A DNA stretch of 64,000 bases from NCBI GenBank assembly GCA_965209155.1, contig OZ242383.1, positions 864,001 through 928,000 of the forward strand, in the 5' to 3' direction. The position numbers and the translations under genes are program-made. Under the pieces are notes generated by a model, which saw only the letters and a list, made by a program, of their open reading frames with translations, did not search any database and was not told where the DNA came from. Below are positions 60,322-64,000 of this stretch, in pieces. The DNA is from a bacterium (lineage in GTDB: Bacteria > SAR324 > NAC60-12). The first letter of the stretch is position 1. Each line of letters starts with the position of its first letter.

Positions 60322-60764
60322 CAACTCACCACTATGCCTCGCTGGGCGCCCGACTTTTGGCCCGTATCATCGATTATACCATATTGGGTATTTTGGCTTG
60401 TTTGATTGATTGGGGCAGTGGAGGGGCCTTAATCGAAGGTTGGATCTGGTTCTTCAATGGCATTTCAGGACTCCCACAAATTACATTTGCGGTCTCTGTT
60501 CTATTAATATTGTTTTTAGGCTATTTCGTTGTTTTTCAAAGTCTCAATGGACAAACCCCCGGAAAGTGGTTTTGTCGAATTATTGTACTCAAACAAGAAA
60601 ATCGGATTCCCGGATTATTTTCGAATGTCTTCCGGGAACTCGGAGTTTGGATCACGGTATTAACCGGGGGGTGGCTGTTCCTGGTTCTCATTTTTTCTTC
60701 CCGAAACAGAGGCTTCCATGATTTTCTCTCCGGTGTGGAAGTTTACCGGACAAGTGAACAATAG
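60318..60764 (+). CDS. RDD family membrane protein
   Basis: R..A.IID, GQTPGK, R.FHD. Confidence 0.88.
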   Translation: MTTHHYASLGARLLARIIDYTILGILACLIDWGSGGALIEGWIWFFNGISGLPQITFAVSVLLILFLGYFVVFQSLNGQTPGKWFCRIIVLKQENRIPGLFSNVFRELGVWITVLTGGWLFLVLIFSSRNRGFHDFLSGVEVYRTSEQ

Positions 60765-60775
60765 CGTTACAATGG

Positions 60776-61102
60776 ATCACGATCCTTCCTCCACAGATTA
60801 CAGCCGCTTTGGTATTTTAAGATAACGCAGGGACTCAAGTACGCTTCCCAGATTTTAAAAGTATCTATGAAGTCTTGAGTCCCTTGGATTTGACCCAACA
60901 CAACTATCAGGATTTCTTCACCCTCCACAGCAACTGGTATGAAATCCGTCTGGAGGCAGAAATGATTGGGATTCAAGCGGAAATTCAGGCGATTGTTTAT
61001 GTTCCCCGCGATCAAAATGGAGATGTGAAGGGTCCGGTGTTGATAAAAGATTTTCTCTTGCGTTTAGATTCGAACATTTTCACTGGCAGGAGGAGGTCTT
61101 GA
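60776..61102 (+). pseudogene. Possible C-terminal remnant of a GspK-like type II secretion protein
   Basis: Frame of the 60875 ORF extends upstream through one TAA; FFTLHSNWYEIRLEA...IQAIVY resembles the GspK C-terminal beta strands. Confidence 0.3.
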
Positions 61103-61884
61103 ACTCCCAAAATCCCATTGGACACCACATTATTTGCCTGGAGCAAGTCGATTCAACCAATTCCTTTCTGATGAGGGAAAAGCAATATCTCAAAGAACAT
61201 GGTCTGGTTGTCACTGCAAATTCGCAGCTGGGAGGACGAGGAAGGAGTGGACGCCGCTATATTTCAGTTCCAGGAAAGAATCTGACATTTTCCGTCGTCA
61301 TTCATCCTCCTTCCCACAGGAAGCAAATCGGTGTTTATTCAATATTGGCGGGTATTGCCGTAACACGCGCGTTGTGTCCTTACGTCAACACCCCTCCCCG
61401 GCTCAAATGGCCCAACGACGTCCTGATAGGTAAGCGTAAAATCTGTGGAATTCTCCTTGAAAAAACCAACTTAGCGGGAATGGCTTTCCCTGTTTTAATA
61501 GTTGGCATTGGAATAAATTGCCTCGGTAGTCCGCAAGATTTTCCTCGAGACCTGCAGCATATCCTGACTACCCTTCAAGTAGAATCGTCAAAGAAAATTG
61601 ATCCGGACCTGATTTTCCGCGAAACCCTTTGGCAACTGGAACAAGGGATACGGGAATTAACGGAACAAGGGATTGCCAATCTGCATGAAGAATGGCTCCG
61701 CCTTTCCAATTCCATAGGCGCAGCAGTTCAATACGAGACTTTCGAGGGTTGGGATCATGGCAACATTGCCGGACTGACGACAGAAGGATATTTGTTGATC
61801 CGTCATCACTCGGGGAAACTCGTCACCCATGTCTCCGGCGATGTTCTCTATCGCAAATCTCCTTATGGCATCAATGACCCATGA
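61099..61884 (+). CDS. birA: Biotin--[acetyl-CoA-carboxylase] ligase, group I (no HTH)
   Basis: DSTN, Q..GRGRSGR, KWPND, KICGIL, GIGIN. Confidence 0.94.
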   Translation: MNSQNPIGHHIICLEQVDSTNSFLMREKQYLKEHGLVVTANSQLGGRGRSGRRYISVPGKNLTFSVVIHPPSHRKQIGVYSILAGIAVTRALCPYVNTPPRLKWPNDVLIGKRKICGILLEKTNLAGMAFPVLIVGIGINCLGSPQDFPRDLQHILTTLQVESSKKIDPDLIFRETLWQLEQGIRELTEQGIANLHEEWLRLSNSIGAAVQYETFEGWDHGNIAGLTTEGYLLIRHHSGKLVTHVSGDVLYRKSPYGINDP

Positions 61885-62096
61885 GTCCTCACTCATTCGA
61901 ATATCTCCCTTCAGGTTTCCTGATCATACCAATCCACAAAGGCGGCCTGATTCTACCAGATATAGTTAATTTCTGGTAGGGTTACTCACGCCGTATTTTT
62001 GGATAAGCCGTGAGTGAGCATGTTTTAATGTTTCATGTTCTCTTTACAGTCTCATTTTCAAATGCTAACCTCATCAAAGGAAAGGATGCTACCATA

Positions 62097-63509
62097 ATGA
62101 GTACGAACCTCTGTTTTTTGCCAGCAACTGAGCTGGCCCGACTACTTCAGATCAAACAGCTTTCATCTCGCGAGGTCTTGGATGCGCATTTAGCTCAGAT
62201 TGACAAAGTGAACCCGCAAGTGAATGCGATTGTCACCTTTGTCTTCGAGCAAGCACGGGAAAAAGCGGCTCGAGCCGATGAGGCAATGGCACGGGGAGAA
62301 TCTCTGGGCCCGCTCCACGGCCTTCCGGTAGCCCACAAAGACCTGGCCTTAACAAATGGAGTGCGAACCACCTTTGGCTCCCGCATTTATCAAGATTTCG
62401 TACCTGATCAGAATACTTTGATTGTCGAGCGTTTACAGCAAGCCGGAGCGATCATGGTGGGCAAAACCAATGCTCCGGAATTTGGCGCAGGTTCTCAAAC
62501 TTTCAATGAGGTGTTTGGAGAGACCCTCAATCCCTATGATACCCGAAAAACCTGTGGTGGTAGCAGCGGTGGCGCTGCCGTGGCCTTGGCGTGTGGGATG
62601 GTTCCCATTGCCGATGGAGGAGATTTTGGGGGGTCTTTGCGCAATCCGGCCAATTTTTGCAACGTAGTGGGATTCCGGTCATCCCCAGGCCGCGTACCGA
62701 TTTGGCCCACAGAAGCTCCTTGGGCGACCATCCCCATTCATGGGCCGATGGCCCGGACGGTGCAGGACATTGCCCTGGTGATGACTGTAATTGCCGGACC
62801 AGACCCTCGTGTGCCTTTGTCGATAGCGGAACCGGGCAGCGTGTTTGAGCAATCTTTGGAAAGGGATTTTCGAGGGACCCGAATTGCCTGGAGTATGGAT
62901 TTGGGAAAATTGCCTGTGGACCCGCAGGTGAGTCGGGCTTTGGAAGCTCAACGCCATGTGTTCGAGTCCCTGGGATGTCGGATTGAGGAGCAACAGCCCA
63001 ATTTTCGGGATGCCGAGGAAATCTTTCAAACTGAACGCGCTGCGATCTTTGAATTGAGTCGCGGCGACGATTTAACCCACCATCGGAAATTGATCAAAGA
63101 CACCGTGATTTTCGAGATAGAGTCGGGTCAGCAATTGAGCGGCCCCCAATTCACCCGGGCTGCGAAGAAGAAACAGGAAATGCATGAGCGCATGCAGCAT
63201 TTCATGGAGCAATATGAATTTCTCATCCTGCCGGTCAATCAGGTACCGCCCTTTGACGTCTCTCAACGCTACATTGAGGAAATCAATGGGATCCGCCTCA
63301 AAAAATACACCGATTGGATGAGTACTTGCTGGTTCATCAGTATCACCGGATGTCCGGCCATCTCCGTCCCCTGTGGATTTACCCCGGAGGGACTGCCAGT
63401 AGGCATTCAGATTGTTGGCAGGTACCAAGATGAAATCGGTGTCCTGCAAATGGCCTACGCTTTTGAGCAAGTCACGCAATTTTGGAAACAAAGCCCCCCG
63501 ATTGTCTGA
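62097..63509 (+). CDS. Amidase signature family protein
   Basis: HKDL, GKTN.PEF, GGSSGG, GGSLRNPA, GLPVGIQ. Confidence 0.93.
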   Translation: MSTNLCFLPATELARLLQIKQLSSREVLDAHLAQIDKVNPQVNAIVTFVFEQAREKAARADEAMARGESLGPLHGLPVAHKDLALTNGVRTTFGSRIYQDFVPDQNTLIVERLQQAGAIMVGKTNAPEFGAGSQTFNEVFGETLNPYDTRKTCGGSSGGAAVALACGMVPIADGGDFGGSLRNPANFCNVVGFRSSPGRVPIWPTEAPWATIPIHGPMARTVQDIALVMTVIAGPDPRVPLSIAEPGSVFEQSLERDFRGTRIAWSMDLGKLPVDPQVSRALEAQRHVFESLGCRIEEQQPNFRDAEEIFQTERAAIFELSRGDDLTHHRKLIKDTVIFEIESGQQLSGPQFTRAAKKKQEMHERMQHFMEQYEFLILPVNQVPPFDVSQRYIEEINGIRLKKYTDWMSTCWFISITGCPAISVPCGFTPEGLPVGIQIVGRYQDEIGVLQMAYAFEQVTQFWKQSPPIV

Positions 63510-63762
63510 TGACAGCCTGTTGAAAATTGATTGCTACCTTGTTTTTTCAGAAAAAACGAGGAGGAGCGCCCCTGAGAGCTTTTCCAGACTTGTCTCTGAA
63601 TTGGTAAAATCATCGACAGGTTGAATCGGTTGAAACCGTGGTCGGGAATATCTTCCCTTGCATTTAATCAGAATTTTCGCTATGTTTCGCATTCAATCAA
63701 GTGATTTTGGCAAGAGTTCGATTTTGCGTTAACCAAGCATTCAATTTAAACCTGTCAGACTA

Positions 63763-64000
63763 TTAGGAATTGATGAGAACTTCAGGAGTGGGGGCGTCGG
63801 CAGGTATGAGCCCTTCGTGGCGTAGCTCCTGCCACAGGGCGGGGGGGATGGGATGTGCCATCATCTGGAAGTTCTCTTCCGCTTCCGATTCAGACCGCGA
63901 GCCTGGTATCACTGCTGCGACGGTGGGATGGCCAAAAACGAACTGGAGAGCGGCGGCCTTGAGCGGTACGCCGTGGCGGTCACAGATCGCTTTACAATGC
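63763..64000 (-). CDS. Aldo/keto reductase, C-terminal part (5' end outside window)
   Basis: Minus strand reads ICDRHGVPLKAAALQFVFGHPTVAAVIPG...IPPALWQEL..EGLI*; absent from the supplied ORF track. Confidence 0.85.
   Translation of the reverse strand, partial: HCKAICDRHGVPLKAAALQFVFGHPTVAAVIPGSRSESEAEENFQMMAHPIPPALWQELRHEGLIPADAPTPEVLINS

Noticed and set aside
62600..62650. Amidase DGGD instead of DGSD as an inactivating change
   Set aside because: The Lys, cis-Ser (GGSSGG) and nucleophile Ser (GGSLR) of the triad are all retained

Overview
Bacterial chromosomal window of moderate GC. The gene mix suggests a Deltaproteobacteria-like marine lineage such as SAR324, but that is inference only. 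Housekeeping genes sit at both ends: rpsA, folK and pheT on the left; tatD, rnc, rluB, sohB, an Fe-S carrier cluster, prc, hflX, murA and birA on the right. Between them (about 9.5-40.5 kb) is a mosaic catabolic/accessory region. It holds two sugar-type ABC systems (one with a tandemly duplicated permease pair), an acetoin-dehydrogenase-like acoX/acoABC cluster split by an ABC importer and followed by a Baeyer-Villiger monooxygenase, a vanadium haloperoxidase-like gene, an esterase + BVMO pair, TauD and PhyH dioxygenases and a DMFase-beta-like gene. Several gene remnants lie at its junctions (VapBC toxin-antitoxin, two ABC permease fragments), and a possible gspK remnant lies near 61 kb. The most striking unexplained element is an intergenic stretch of about 300 nt (4681-4975) that is almost entirely base-paired. 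It has an upstream sigma70-like promoter, two four-way-junction domains and a terminal hairpin, and one domain is an exact-length tRNA-like cloverleaf when read on the opposite strand. I could not match it by eye to tmRNA, RNase P, SRP or 6S RNA. No CRISPR array, rRNA, canonical tRNA or intact transposase was seen. All calls are by-eye motif recognition; no database searches were run.
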